Of a stretch of 21,444 nt of DNA, positions 8,276 to 16,216 are shown piece by piece; the stretch's first letter is position 1, and each line of letters starts with the position of its first letter. The translations under genes were made by a program, and so were the position numbers. Origin of the DNA: a virus; UHGV virus genome UHGV-1982450. One strand, given 5' to 3'. The notes beneath the pieces are model-generated. The model was not told the DNA's origin and made no database searches. It was given only the letters and a program-made list of their open reading frames with translations.

Positions 8276-8411
8276 GCCACAGACCACCAGCGTGTTGTTC
8301 TGCGATGGCGCTGAACCTATTTATATCAGCAATGACGATGTAATGACCGAAGAAACCGAACGCCAAATCCTTTTTCACAATACGATGGGAGAGAGAGTTT
8401 GCGGTTGGTGA
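8196..8411 (+). CDS. Putative o-spanin-like outer-membrane lipoprotein (Rz1-like), overlapping the preceding gene out of frame
   Basis: Signal peptide MRRTVKYVRKMLLPFIVSCMISGC with lipobox ISGC. The short mature domain carries extra cysteines. An alternative start lies at 8226. Confidence 0.4.
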   Translation: MRRTVKYVRKMLLPFIVSCMISGCVIKPQTTSVLFCDGAEPIYISNDDVMTEETERQILFHNTMGERVCGW

Positions 8412-8421
8412 TGTCGAAGTT

Positions 8422-8437
8422 CCCCTCAAATGAGGGG
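8422..8437. terminator. Candidate hairpin (CCCCTC-AAAT-GAGGGG) between the convergent spanin-like and GNAT toxin genes
   Basis: 6-bp GC stem with a 4-nt loop, followed on the plus strand by a moderately U-rich stretch ACAUUAUUCUU. Confidence 0.35.
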
Positions 8438-8443
8438 GACACA

Positions 8444-8965
8444 TTATTCTTCGAACAATTTTTCGATAGATTTTGTTGGATAGAACAAAGAACGATCGTT
8501 GTTACCAACCAGCTGGATAAAGCCCAAACTTTTATAAAACGCCCTGGCTTTATCGTTCAACGCCTCAACGAAAAGCCCATGAATGCCTACCGCAAGAGAT
8601 GCATTGTACACAACACGCATTGCGTGAGTTACAAGCATTGAGCCAAGCCCCTGACCTTGAAGAGATTTGTCCAAAGCCAGTCTGCCTAAAGTGATACTTG
8701 GGACATGCCGATAAGGCACTTTCTTTTGCTGACTCTTTGAAGGTAAGGTTTCTTTCTCAAAGCAGCTGCCTGACAAAGTGTAATAACCTAATACCTTTGG
8801 TATTTCTTCTTTAGTGCAAAGCACATAAGCGCGAAGAATTTTTCCTTCATGCTGTCTTTTTAAGTGGTTGGTCAAAAATGCGTTTAGCGACTCTTCGCCG
8901 CAATCAAAACCGTTTAGATCATAATCTTTCTCTCCAGAGAAAATCTCGATCGTCGTATTGCTCAC
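8444..8965 (-). CDS. GNAT-family acetyltransferase toxin of the TacT/AtaT/KacT type (aminoacyl-tRNA acetylating toxin family)
   Basis: Family-typical motifs FDCG, LGRLALDKSLQGQGLG and YKSLGF. Lies immediately downstream of, and co-oriented with, a DUF1778-type antitoxin gene. Confidence 0.9.
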   Translation of the reverse strand: MSNTTIEIFSGEKDYDLNGFDCGEESLNAFLTNHLKRQHEGKILRAYVLCTKEEIPKVLGYYTLSGSCFEKETLPSKSQQKKVPYRHVPSITLGRLALDKSLQGQGLGSMLVTHAMRVVYNASLAVGIHGLFVEALNDKARAFYKSLGFIQLVGNNDRSLFYPTKSIEKLFEE

Positions 8966-8972
8966 GAGTAAA

Positions 8973-9242
8973 TTACTCCATGCTTTTCAGACGATTGGCA
9001 GCTCGTTTCAGCTTGTCGTTCGGTGCCGGAGGATTGCTTATAGCATCCATAACCAGATTCCAGGACTCTTCACTTAGAACCAGTCTACGGTGTTGCTCTA
9101 TCACCTTCACGGCACGTTCGGATGCACTGCTAACCATGAACTGGGTAATGCTCTGGTTAGACATTGCGGCAGCTTCCTCGATGATGCTTTTATCGTCATC
9201 GGTTAATCTCAAATCGATGCGCTGCTTTTTCAGTGCGGACAT
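8973..9242 (-). CDS. DUF1778-family antitoxin (TacA-like RHH antitoxin)
   Basis: 89-aa protein whose N-terminal RHH region (RIDLRLTDDDKSIIEEAAAMSNQSITQFMV) and C-terminal toxin-binding helix match the DUF1778 pattern. Separated by 7 nt from the GNAT toxin gene. Confidence 0.85.
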   Translation of the reverse strand: MSALKKQRIDLRLTDDDKSIIEEAAAMSNQSITQFMVSSASERAVKVIEQHRRLVLSEESWNLVMDAISNPPAPNDKLKRAANRLKSME

Positions 9243-9510
9243 GTGTACCCCCTGATGGCCGGTGATGTAGGAAGGCCATCATTGCTCTCTATTTAAACTG
9301 AGTTTTCGACTCAAAGGTTATTTAACTGGGCTATAGCCCATTGCGTATGTGTCATCAAATTGTGTACGGCAATTTACCGTACTCGTAATATAGAGGTGAT
9401 TGTCACTTTTTTCAACAGACAAATGAAAACAGTTACTAGCAATAGGCAATAACAACCTACTAAATAACCTTTACACCGCAGCCGTAGGCATTTAGGCTAT
9501 ATCGCATATA

Positions 9511-9526
9511 AGAAAACAAGTTGTTT
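9511..9526. promoter_or_regulatory. Dyad motif AGAAAACAAGTTGTTT, 36 bp upstream of the parA-like start
   Basis: Same AAACAA-N-TTGTTT palindrome as at 3668-3682 and 12440-12455. Confidence 0.4.
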
Positions 9527-9561
9527 CATACGACAATAATTCACGCAAAGGAAACTCACCA

Positions 9562-10227
9562 ATGACCAAGATCATTGTGGTTGGCGGCACAAAAGGCGGC
9601 CCAGGCAAATCTACCGTTGCCCAGCAAATTGCGGTATGTCTCAAAGTTAAAAAGAAAAAGAAGGTTCACGTCACCGATATCGATATCCAGCGCACCACGA
9701 CCAGCTGGTGTGAAGACCGTCGCCAGAACGAAGATCTTGAACTGATCCCGTTCGCTTATGTGCAGGACGACATCGTCAAACATCTTAAATCGCTTCAGGG
9801 GCGAACTGATTATGTAGTGGTAGATGCTGGTGGCTTTGACTCCGAAATTCAGCGTCTGGCGATGCTTATGGCTGATGTAATCATCATCCCGCTGCGCCCT
9901 AAACGTCGTGATTTGAAATCTCTGCGTGATATCGACCCGATTATCGACAACGTTCGCAATGTGAACGAGAAAGTTAAGATCCGCGCGGTAATAAACCAGT
10001 GTCCGTCATTGCCTTCCCAGGTATCACGTATTCTGGCCGCGAAGGAAATTGTCGAAACTTTCGGCATCGAGGCTGCGCCGGTTAACCTGTACAACCGTAA
10101 CGTTTATGACGATGCGGAAGAGGCAGGTCGTTCTATCTTTGAAATGACTGGCGCTGAACGCGATAAGAAGGCAGAAGCCGAGTTCGAAGAGTTTGTAGAT
10201 TACATCTTGAGTCTGGAGGAAGAATAA
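9562..10227 (+). CDS. parA: ParA/ParF-type partition ATPase (small deviant Walker-A ATPase)
   Basis: Deviant Walker A GGTKGGPGKST at the N-terminus, size of about 221 aa typical of type Ib ParA/ParF, and a coupled downstream small RHH gene. Confidence 0.9.
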   Translation: MTKIIVVGGTKGGPGKSTVAQQIAVCLKVKKKKKVHVTDIDIQRTTTSWCEDRRQNEDLELIPFAYVQDDIVKHLKSLQGRTDYVVVDAGGFDSEIQRLAMLMADVIIIPLRPKRRDLKSLRDIDPIIDNVRNVNEKVKIRAVINQCPSLPSQVSRILAAKEIVETFGIEAAPVNLYNRNVYDDAEEAGRSIFEMTGAERDKKAEAEFEEFVDYILSLEEE

Positions 10228-10586
10228 TGTCCATGAGAATGGGAGACCTTGCAAAGCGCAATGAGCCTAAAGAACCGGCCAAAAGCAGCACTCCACTGCG
10301 CCAGCCAGTCAGACCGCAGGGGCGTCCGACTCGTGGCAAAGAGAAAATTAAAAGTCGCACAATGTCACTGGAAGACGAATACTTCGAACTGCTGGAGATG
10401 ATGAAGTTCATCCCTCGTTTCGAGAAGTTCACCCGTTCTGACGTGATTCGCGCTGCTATTTTCCATCTGGCAGAGAAGTCACCGCAGGAAATCGAGGACA
10501 TCGTGAAACTTAACGAGGCGATCACAGCTGCCGATGTCACGATGCGTACCGATGAAATCAAACGAGAGTTGATGAAGAAAGGTTAA
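10227..10586 (+). CDS. ParG-like centromere-binding protein (basic disordered N-tail plus C-terminal RHH)
   Basis: Start overlaps the parA stop (TAATG). Basic N-terminal tail and C-terminal RHH pattern SLEDEYFELLEMM ... RSDVIRAAIFHL. Confidence 0.6.
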   Translation: MSMRMGDLAKRNEPKEPAKSSTPLRQPVRPQGRPTRGKEKIKSRTMSLEDEYFELLEMMKFIPRFEKFTRSDVIRAAIFHLAEKSPQEIEDIVKLNEAITAADVTMRTDEIKRELMKKG

Positions 10587-10590
10587 AAAT

Positions 10591-10623
10591 TATGCATTGG
10601 CGCAATGTACGCGCCAATGCATA
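10591..10623. terminator. Bidirectional terminator candidate: 13-bp perfect stem (TATGCATTGGCGC / GCGCCAATGCATA) with a 7-nt loop, between convergent genes
   Basis: Read directly. An A/T tract (AAAAATT) flanks it on the left, which gives a U-tract for the minus-strand transcript. Confidence 0.5.
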
Positions 10624-10638
10624 AGTACAGTGTCAGCT

Positions 10639-11406
10639 TTATGCCGCGCTAACACTATGTTCATTCCTAACCACCCCAACCTTCACAAAAGGGCTGCCGT
10701 AGCTTGGTGGCTTCTTGATTAATTTGCCTACATACAGTTTTCTAATATGCTCATCGGCTATTCTGCCAACAAATTCATAACGTTTTGTGTCGGGGCCAAG
10801 AGCTATATCCCTTGTAAAGTACTGCTGAGAACCGGCTTTGACCCAGCATTCAATCTGATAAACTTCCATTATCAGGCCCCCATATGTAGCGTAGGCATAT
10901 TTGAGATTCTCGTCTCTTGGAACCTTTGCCCATACGCCACGCGTAGCTTCATATAATGCCAGAGCGGACATTCCTGACTTGTAGGTGCTGTTTAGCAGGA
11001 AGGCAAGACCGGCGTGCTCAGGAGCAATTTCAGTTTCCTCTTGCAGCACTAAGTGATGGTAGGCGTCCAGTGATATTCTGCCCATCATGGAACCACTTCC
11101 TCGTACCTTATTCGTAAGCTCTCCGACCCCCATAAGGTCGATGCATGTCGCCTCAACAAGTTTGGCTGTGGTTTCATCCATACCATGACGAAGAATATCT
11201 ATGCCTAATTTTTTATTAGCCAAAAGTTCTTTGATCCGCATGGATTTGGGAGAGTCATCGGGATACTTGATGTGATCGAGACAACGAGTCGATTTGCCTT
11301 TTCCTATGTAAAACGGTCTTTTCATCTTGTCTTCTGTATCATAGAGACAGTAAACATAGTATTTAGCCTTATCCAATGATCTCGCGTATACCGATAAATC
11401 GTCCAT
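10639..11406 (-). CDS. GIY-YIG nuclease domain protein with an uncharacterised C-terminal domain of about 150 aa
   Basis: N-terminal GIY-YIG motif YYVYCLYD ... PFYIGKGKSTRCLDH. The C-terminal half has no motif I recognise. Confidence 0.7.
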   Translation of the reverse strand: MDDLSVYARSLDKAKYYVYCLYDTEDKMKRPFYIGKGKSTRCLDHIKYPDDSPKSMRIKELLANKKLGIDILRHGMDETTAKLVEATCIDLMGVGELTNKVRGSGSMMGRISLDAYHHLVLQEETEIAPEHAGLAFLLNSTYKSGMSALALYEATRGVWAKVPRDENLKYAYATYGGLIMEVYQIECWVKAGSQQYFTRDIALGPDTKRYEFVGRIADEHIRKLYVGKLIKKPPSYGSPFVKVGVVRNEHSVSAA

Positions 11407-11518
11407 TATTGCATCTCTTAGCTACTGACTAATGCGTTCTATTTTACACATAAGTTTTTAATCAATTTTACAGGCTCAAAGTGTAGAGCTTCTGGGTGTC
11501 TAAGACGACAAGTTATGC

Positions 11519-11583
11519 CTGTTTCTGTATATAAATAATAAGTAACTTATTAAATATATACGGAAGCAGGTCTTTTAAAAGAC
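11519..11583. repeat. Degenerate copy of the 3549-3611 inverted repeat (shared core TATATAAATA-TAAGT-ACTTATTAAATATATACGGAAGCAGG) immediately followed by a 14-bp perfect palindrome GTCTTTTAAAAGAC (11570-11583)
   Basis: Read directly. Intergenic, between the divergent GIY-YIG gene and the ORF starting at 11689. Confidence 0.7.
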
Positions 11584-11688
11584 ACCCACCAGAACAACTC
11601 CCTTCCGTTTCCACTTCCCAAAAATATCTCCAGTCGCTATGATTCGCTCACTTAGATAAGTAAGTACATACCTATTAAAGGGAATCAT

Positions 11689-12414
11689 GTGAGCCAGATC
11701 TTCTTCAACACTATCGACAATGACCAGTACGATTTCATGACAGAGTGGAACACCGCAGTCATGGATAAGTGGGTAGCGGAGAACATTGGCCTGTCACGTT
11801 GCAAGGACGAGGCGGAACTGTTCGAAACCAAATGGTTTGACTATCGCGATATGCACCCGCTCATGGCCACATGCCTTTTCACTGAGGCATACAAGCGCCA
11901 GTACTCATACATCATGCTGTCGCATGGTCGTGAACACTATGAGACGGCTCCATTCACAACCGGTCTGAAGCGTGTGCCATATCAGGAGTTGTCGACTGCC
12001 AATAAAACGTCTCTATGGAAAGCACGCCAGTTTGCTGACCGCTATTGCTGCTCATACGACTACTTTATCTCCACCGTTCTTTCCGCAGCTGCACGACGGC
12101 TGTGGGACAAATTACCGCGCCCCCAGCATCTCTGGCAGCCCGAGTTGATCGATATATTCGAAGAGAAGTTAGCCAAACGCGCTGTAACCCGTCTGGATGA
12201 CTCTCTGGTGAGTTTTAAGCATCTTGGAGACATGCAGCGTGACCCGATTCAGGAACGCTATTTTGAGTGGATTCTGGAGCGTCTGCGTGGCATTACCCGA
12301 GATAAACGCATCCGTATCATCTTCTCCGCTGTCTGGTTGATGGAAATCGTGCCTGAGCGTGTGATTTACGCGCACTTCCCGGAAGAACTGGAAGAAGCAC
12401 GGCGATTCTGTTGA
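11689..12414 (+). CDS. Hypothetical protein (241 aa, GTG start)
   Basis: Long ORF with Shine-Dalgarno AAAGGG 7 nt upstream of the GTG. No recognisable motifs. Confidence 0.55.
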   Translation: MSQIFFNTIDNDQYDFMTEWNTAVMDKWVAENIGLSRCKDEAELFETKWFDYRDMHPLMATCLFTEAYKRQYSYIMLSHGREHYETAPFTTGLKRVPYQELSTANKTSLWKARQFADRYCCSYDYFISTVLSAAARRLWDKLPRPQHLWQPELIDIFEEKLAKRAVTRLDDSLVSFKHLGDMQRDPIQERYFEWILERLRGITRDKRIRIIFSAVWLMEIVPERVIYAHFPEELEEARRFC

Positions 12415-12439
12415 TCCCCTATCTGGCTTTTTTAGTATT

Positions 12440-12455
12440 AGAAAACAAATTGTTT
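12440..12455. promoter_or_regulatory. Dyad motif AGAAAACAAATTGTTT, 20 bp upstream of the DnaB-like helicase start
   Basis: Same palindrome family as at 3642-3682 and 9511-9526. Confidence 0.4.
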
Positions 12456-12474
12456 AAGCACCAAAGGAAAGCAC

Positions 12475-13815
12475 ATGACCGAACTTTGCCACACAGGACG
12501 AGGGTTGTCTGAAGAGTTCGACGACGACTTCCAGAATAGACTCGCTGCCTACTTCTGTCGCGACCATGAGTTTCTGACTCGCGCAGGCGATCTGGTTGCC
12601 CCAAACCAGTTCTCTAATGCGGCTAACTCCATTCTGGTTAACATGGTGTCGGGCTACTACAGAATGTATAAGAGCGCACCATCATCATCAGCCATCCTCG
12701 ACATGCTCAAACGCGCCAAACGCGATAAGACGATCCGCGAAGAGCTGTTCCCTGACGTTGTTGAGGCGTTTAAGCGCATTCTCGCTGAGAAGCTGTCAGA
12801 TACGGCGTACATGGTCGACCAGGTCGCGACATTTGCTAAAAGCGTAGCGTTCGACGATGCGCTAATTAAAGCGGCTGAGATGAAAGAGAAGGGCGATTTC
12901 CAGGGCGCGATGGCAATCATGGCTAAGGTCCAGCAAATTGGCTCTAACGAAGCGACCGGCATTTACGATTACTTCGCAGAATCAGCGGAGCGTTACAAGG
13001 CCCGTGAGTACGAAGCGTCCGACGATTACGTGCCAAACAGCATCACTACCGGCCTCCCGCTGCTCGACAAACTGCTTTACCAGAAAGGCTGGGCAAAGCG
13101 TGAAATGGTGCTGTTTATGGGCTTCGCTAAGTCTGGTAAATCGACGGCGATGGGGGAGTTTTCCATCAACGCCACGCTTGCCGGTTACAACGTCCTGTAT
13201 CTGTCGCTGGAAGTTCACACCTCCATTCTGTCAGATCGCTTTGACGCCCGTCTGTCTGAGACCGAAATGTCCAGGCTGGTGGAACGTCGCGATGACGTCC
13301 ATCGCAAACTGGCGGAGCTGGGTGCGACGAAAGGCGTGGGAAGTTTGTGGATTGTTGAACGACCGTCCGGAAGCATGTCGCCCGCAGATCTGGATCGTAT
13401 GTTGGGCAGCATGAAAGCCAACGGCATGGTCCCCGATATGGTTGTGGTCGACTACGCTGACCTGATGCGTGCCAGCTACGACCTCCGCGACGACCGCGCT
13501 AACATTCGCAGCATCTACACTGACCTGCGTGCGCTGTACGACAAACACAACGTTGCCGGCATCACGGCATCGCAGACTAACAGAGAAGGTGGCGCTTCTG
13601 AGGTGGCTACAATGATGCACGCAGCGGACAACATCGAGAAGGTGCGTATCGCTGACCTCGTTATCACTATCAACAAAACGGAAGAAGAAGAAGCGAAAGG
13701 CGAAGCGCGTCTTTACTTCGCTGGTTCACGTAACCAGAAAGGCGGCGTAAGCATCCGCGTTAAGCAGAACCTCGAACAAATGCGATTCATCGAACGCATT
13801 ATGGACGTCCTCTAA
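12475..13815 (+). CDS. DnaB-like replicative helicase (RecA-fold C-terminal domain)
   Basis: Walker A GFAKSGKST followed by the DnaB-family pattern LYLSLEV ... VVVDYADLM ... ITASQTNREG. Shine-Dalgarno AAGGA before the ATG. Confidence 0.85.
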   Translation: MTELCHTGRGLSEEFDDDFQNRLAAYFCRDHEFLTRAGDLVAPNQFSNAANSILVNMVSGYYRMYKSAPSSSAILDMLKRAKRDKTIREELFPDVVEAFKRILAEKLSDTAYMVDQVATFAKSVAFDDALIKAAEMKEKGDFQGAMAIMAKVQQIGSNEATGIYDYFAESAERYKAREYEASDDYVPNSITTGLPLLDKLLYQKGWAKREMVLFMGFAKSGKSTAMGEFSINATLAGYNVLYLSLEVHTSILSDRFDARLSETEMSRLVERRDDVHRKLAELGATKGVGSLWIVERPSGSMSPADLDRMLGSMKANGMVPDMVVVDYADLMRASYDLRDDRANIRSIYTDLRALYDKHNVAGITASQTNREGGASEVATMMHAADNIEKVRIADLVITINKTEEEEAKGEARLYFAGSRNQKGGVSIRVKQNLEQMRFIERIMDVL

Positions 13816-13875
13816 AAAAGAAGGCGTGGGGAAACACTCTCCACGCCTGTCTCCAGAAGAGAACAAATTTCTCTT

Positions 13876-15087
13876 TTGCCAAAACCACAAAAGAAAAAAC
13901 ACATGAGCCTTTATGGTATTCAAATACCGAGGCTTATCAAGATATTACCTGCAAAAAATAGGGGTAAGAACGTGAGCGACTTGAAAGAATTACTGACCGA
14001 GCTGGATTTTGAGCAATGGCTCGATATGGAAGGGATCATCTACCGTCGTGGTGGAGTCAGTACTCGCGGACGAGAGGTCAACATTAAAGAGTGTCCGGTA
14101 TGCGGCAGCTCAAACTGGAAGGTTTATTTCAACCTGACCAGTGGTGTCGGCAAATGCTTTGCAGGCGATCATCCCGAAGAGATTCAGTTCAACAAGCTGG
14201 TCTTCCTAAAGCATTACAGCGGCAAATCTCGTCGCGATTTTGAAGAGTACGTCCAGAACGCGCTGATCTCACAAGGATGGGCACCGAAGAAGGAAGAGAT
14301 CGTACTGGCCAGCAAGGTTGAACTGGAAGGACCGGTAGCTCTCCCGCGCCATTACGAACTCCCCATTGACGGTCGTCTTCCTGATTATCTGGTGGAGCGC
14401 CAGATTTCCCCGGAGCTGGCCAAATACTTTGATCTGCGTTACTGCGTCGAAGGCAAGCACGCATACGTCGATCCGTACACAGACCAGGTCAAAGGACAGG
14501 TATTCGATATGCGAATACTGATACCGGTTTACGATCTGGATGGCGTGATGAAGACCTTCCAGGGTCGTGACATTACCGGTGCAGCAGAACGCCGGTATCT
14601 GTTCCCCATGCAGCTGCCAGCATCGGGTAAATTTCTCTACAACGGCCACAATGCAGTCGGCAAACAGACTGTAGTTGTCTGTGAGGGGGCGTTCGATGTT
14701 ATGGGGGTTAAACGAGCTATTTTTGATGAAGAAACATTACGCGATTACGTGGAACCGATAGGAACGTTCGGGATGCATCTATCTGGTAACACCACTCAGG
14801 ATGCAGAAGATCAGTTGGGCGCGTTCCTGACGCTCAAGGCGCGTGGATTACGTAATGTGATTATGATGTGGGATAGTGAAAAGCAAGCTATACGCAACAC
14901 GATGGCCGCAGCCAGGCGACTGACTAGTATCGGTCTTAATGTCAAAGTAGCGTGTTTGGGCGAGGAAGGACTCGACCCCGGCGATGCGACACCGGGGCAG
15001 ATTATCAAAGCCTACTATTGCGCAAAACCTTATTCACGACAGCTTGAACTTTTAAGCAAGGTAAAAGGCATAGCTGCATTAGTTTGA
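13876..15087 (+). CDS. DNA primase (zinc-ribbon plus TOPRIM); the true start is probably downstream of 13876
   Basis: Zinc-ribbon CPVCGSS ... KCFAGDH resembling the T7 gp4-type primase zinc-binding domain, and a TOPRIM-like acidic motif VVVCEGAFDVMG. Alternative starts at 13903 (ATG) or 13972 (GTG with a GGGG Shine-Dalgarno). Confidence 0.8.
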   Translation: MPKPQKKKHMSLYGIQIPRLIKILPAKNRGKNVSDLKELLTELDFEQWLDMEGIIYRRGGVSTRGREVNIKECPVCGSSNWKVYFNLTSGVGKCFAGDHPEEIQFNKLVFLKHYSGKSRRDFEEYVQNALISQGWAPKKEEIVLASKVELEGPVALPRHYELPIDGRLPDYLVERQISPELAKYFDLRYCVEGKHAYVDPYTDQVKGQVFDMRILIPVYDLDGVMKTFQGRDITGAAERRYLFPMQLPASGKFLYNGHNAVGKQTVVVCEGAFDVMGVKRAIFDEETLRDYVEPIGTFGMHLSGNTTQDAEDQLGAFLTLKARGLRNVIMMWDSEKQAIRNTMAAARRLTSIGLNVKVACLGEEGLDPGDATPGQIIKAYYCAKPYSRQLELLSKVKGIAALV

Positions 15088-15229
15088 ACCAGTATTATCA
15101 ACGGCTCGGTAGTGTCTAAATTATCCGTGGCGATTCAGTTCTTTTCGTGGGTATGTCTACTTATAGATATTTGTTTGTGTTGTGTTCTTGGTCGAATACA
15201 ATTAATCTGCATGGTTAATGGACTAAAAA

Positions 15230-16216
15230 TTGTCGTTCTTTGGGGGAGAAGTGAACATTGTAGATGCTCTTGTTCTCAAGAAGTTAATGAGCGTTGGTGA
15301 TGAAACTGTTCTGTCAATCTTAAAGTTTTCAGCGTACAGCGGAGTGTCAACACTCGAAGAACTGGTAGTTAACTCCTCCAATCTGAAAATCTCAAATGGT
15401 AAATCTCGAGCAACTCTCGAAAGTTTCTTCGACGCTGCGAACTTCCAGGCTCTCAGGGACGAAGTAAAAACAGAGATTGATTCGTTCAAAAATAAAGGAG
15501 TTGAGATTGTTATCTTCGGTTCGAAAAACTATCCAATTTCGTTATATGATCTCCCGAAACCTCCACCCTTTCTTTACTGTAAAGGCAATCTAAATCTCTT
15601 AGAGAATAGGCTTTCATTAGCTGTTGTAGGAACTCGTGAAAACACCCCCAAGGGTGAAACCCTAACGATTAAAACTATTCAAAAGTTTGCGACTTATGGC
15701 TTCACGATAGTCAGTGGACTTGCACTGGGTATCGATACAATTGCTCATCGCGCGGCATTAGATGCCAAAACACCAACGATTTCTGTTCTTGTCGATGTGG
15801 AGTCTATTTCTCCCGCAAGTAATCGGGAACTCGCTAAGGAAATATTGGACGAGGGCGGACTTCTAGTTGCAGAGAATGCACCAGGAACCAAAGCAATACC
15901 TGCGTTCTTTGCTAAGCGAGACAGGATACAAGCAGGTTTATCTACTGCCGTCTTTGCTATTGAAACTTCGATAGATGGTGGGACGATGCACGCAGTCAAA
16001 TCTGCTATCTCTATGATGCGTCCTGTCTTCGTTCCTGACGTACATAAAGCTAAGTATCCAGATCTTACTATCAAGGCAATTTCAGGAACTCAACAGCTAG
16101 TTAACGAAGGGAGGGCGATACCATACACGAGCGAATCTTATGAAGATATTCGTCTTCAATTAGAAGATATCGCGAGTTCATTTGGGTCGTTGAAAGCAAA
16201 AGGTGGCCTGCTGTGA
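15230..16216 (+). CDS. DprA/Smf-like (SLOG-type Rossmann) protein; candidate antitoxin or partner of the downstream PRTase fusion protein
   Basis: DprA signature LAVVGTR ... GFTIVSGLALGIDTIAHRAAL ... FAKRDRIQAGLSTAVFAIETSIDGGTMHA. Its stop overlaps the start of the next gene (GTGA). Start may be TTG at 15230 or GTG at 15251 (GGGGGAG Shine-Dalgarno). Confidence 0.85.
   Translation: MSFFGGEVNIVDALVLKKLMSVGDETVLSILKFSAYSGVSTLEELVVNSSNLKISNGKSRATLESFFDAANFQALRDEVKTEIDSFKNKGVEIVIFGSKNYPISLYDLPKPPPFLYCKGNLNLLENRLSLAVVGTRENTPKGETLTIKTIQKFATYGFTIVSGLALGIDTIAHRAALDAKTPTISVLVDVESISPASNRELAKEILDEGGLLVAENAPGTKAIPAFFAKRDRIQAGLSTAVFAIETSIDGGTMHAVKSAISMMRPVFVPDVHKAKYPDLTIKAISGTQQLVNEGRAIPYTSESYEDIRLQLEDIASSFGSLKAKGGLL

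Noticed and set aside
10133-10561. 142-aa minus-strand ORF overlapping the parA-like and ParG-like genes
   Set aside because: Antisense to two well-supported genes; no start context or motifs.
12938-13414. 158-aa plus-strand ORF in an alternative frame inside the DnaB-like gene
   Set aside because: Lies inside the helicase gene, whose own frame carries the Walker A and DnaB motifs; the translation is Cys/Trp/Arg-rich, typical of an off-frame artefact.
13823-13847. Hairpin GGCGTGG ... CCACGCC after the DnaB-like helicase as an intrinsic terminator
   Set aside because: Stem is present but not followed by a U-tract; the primase downstream is probably co-transcribed, so not annotated as a terminator.
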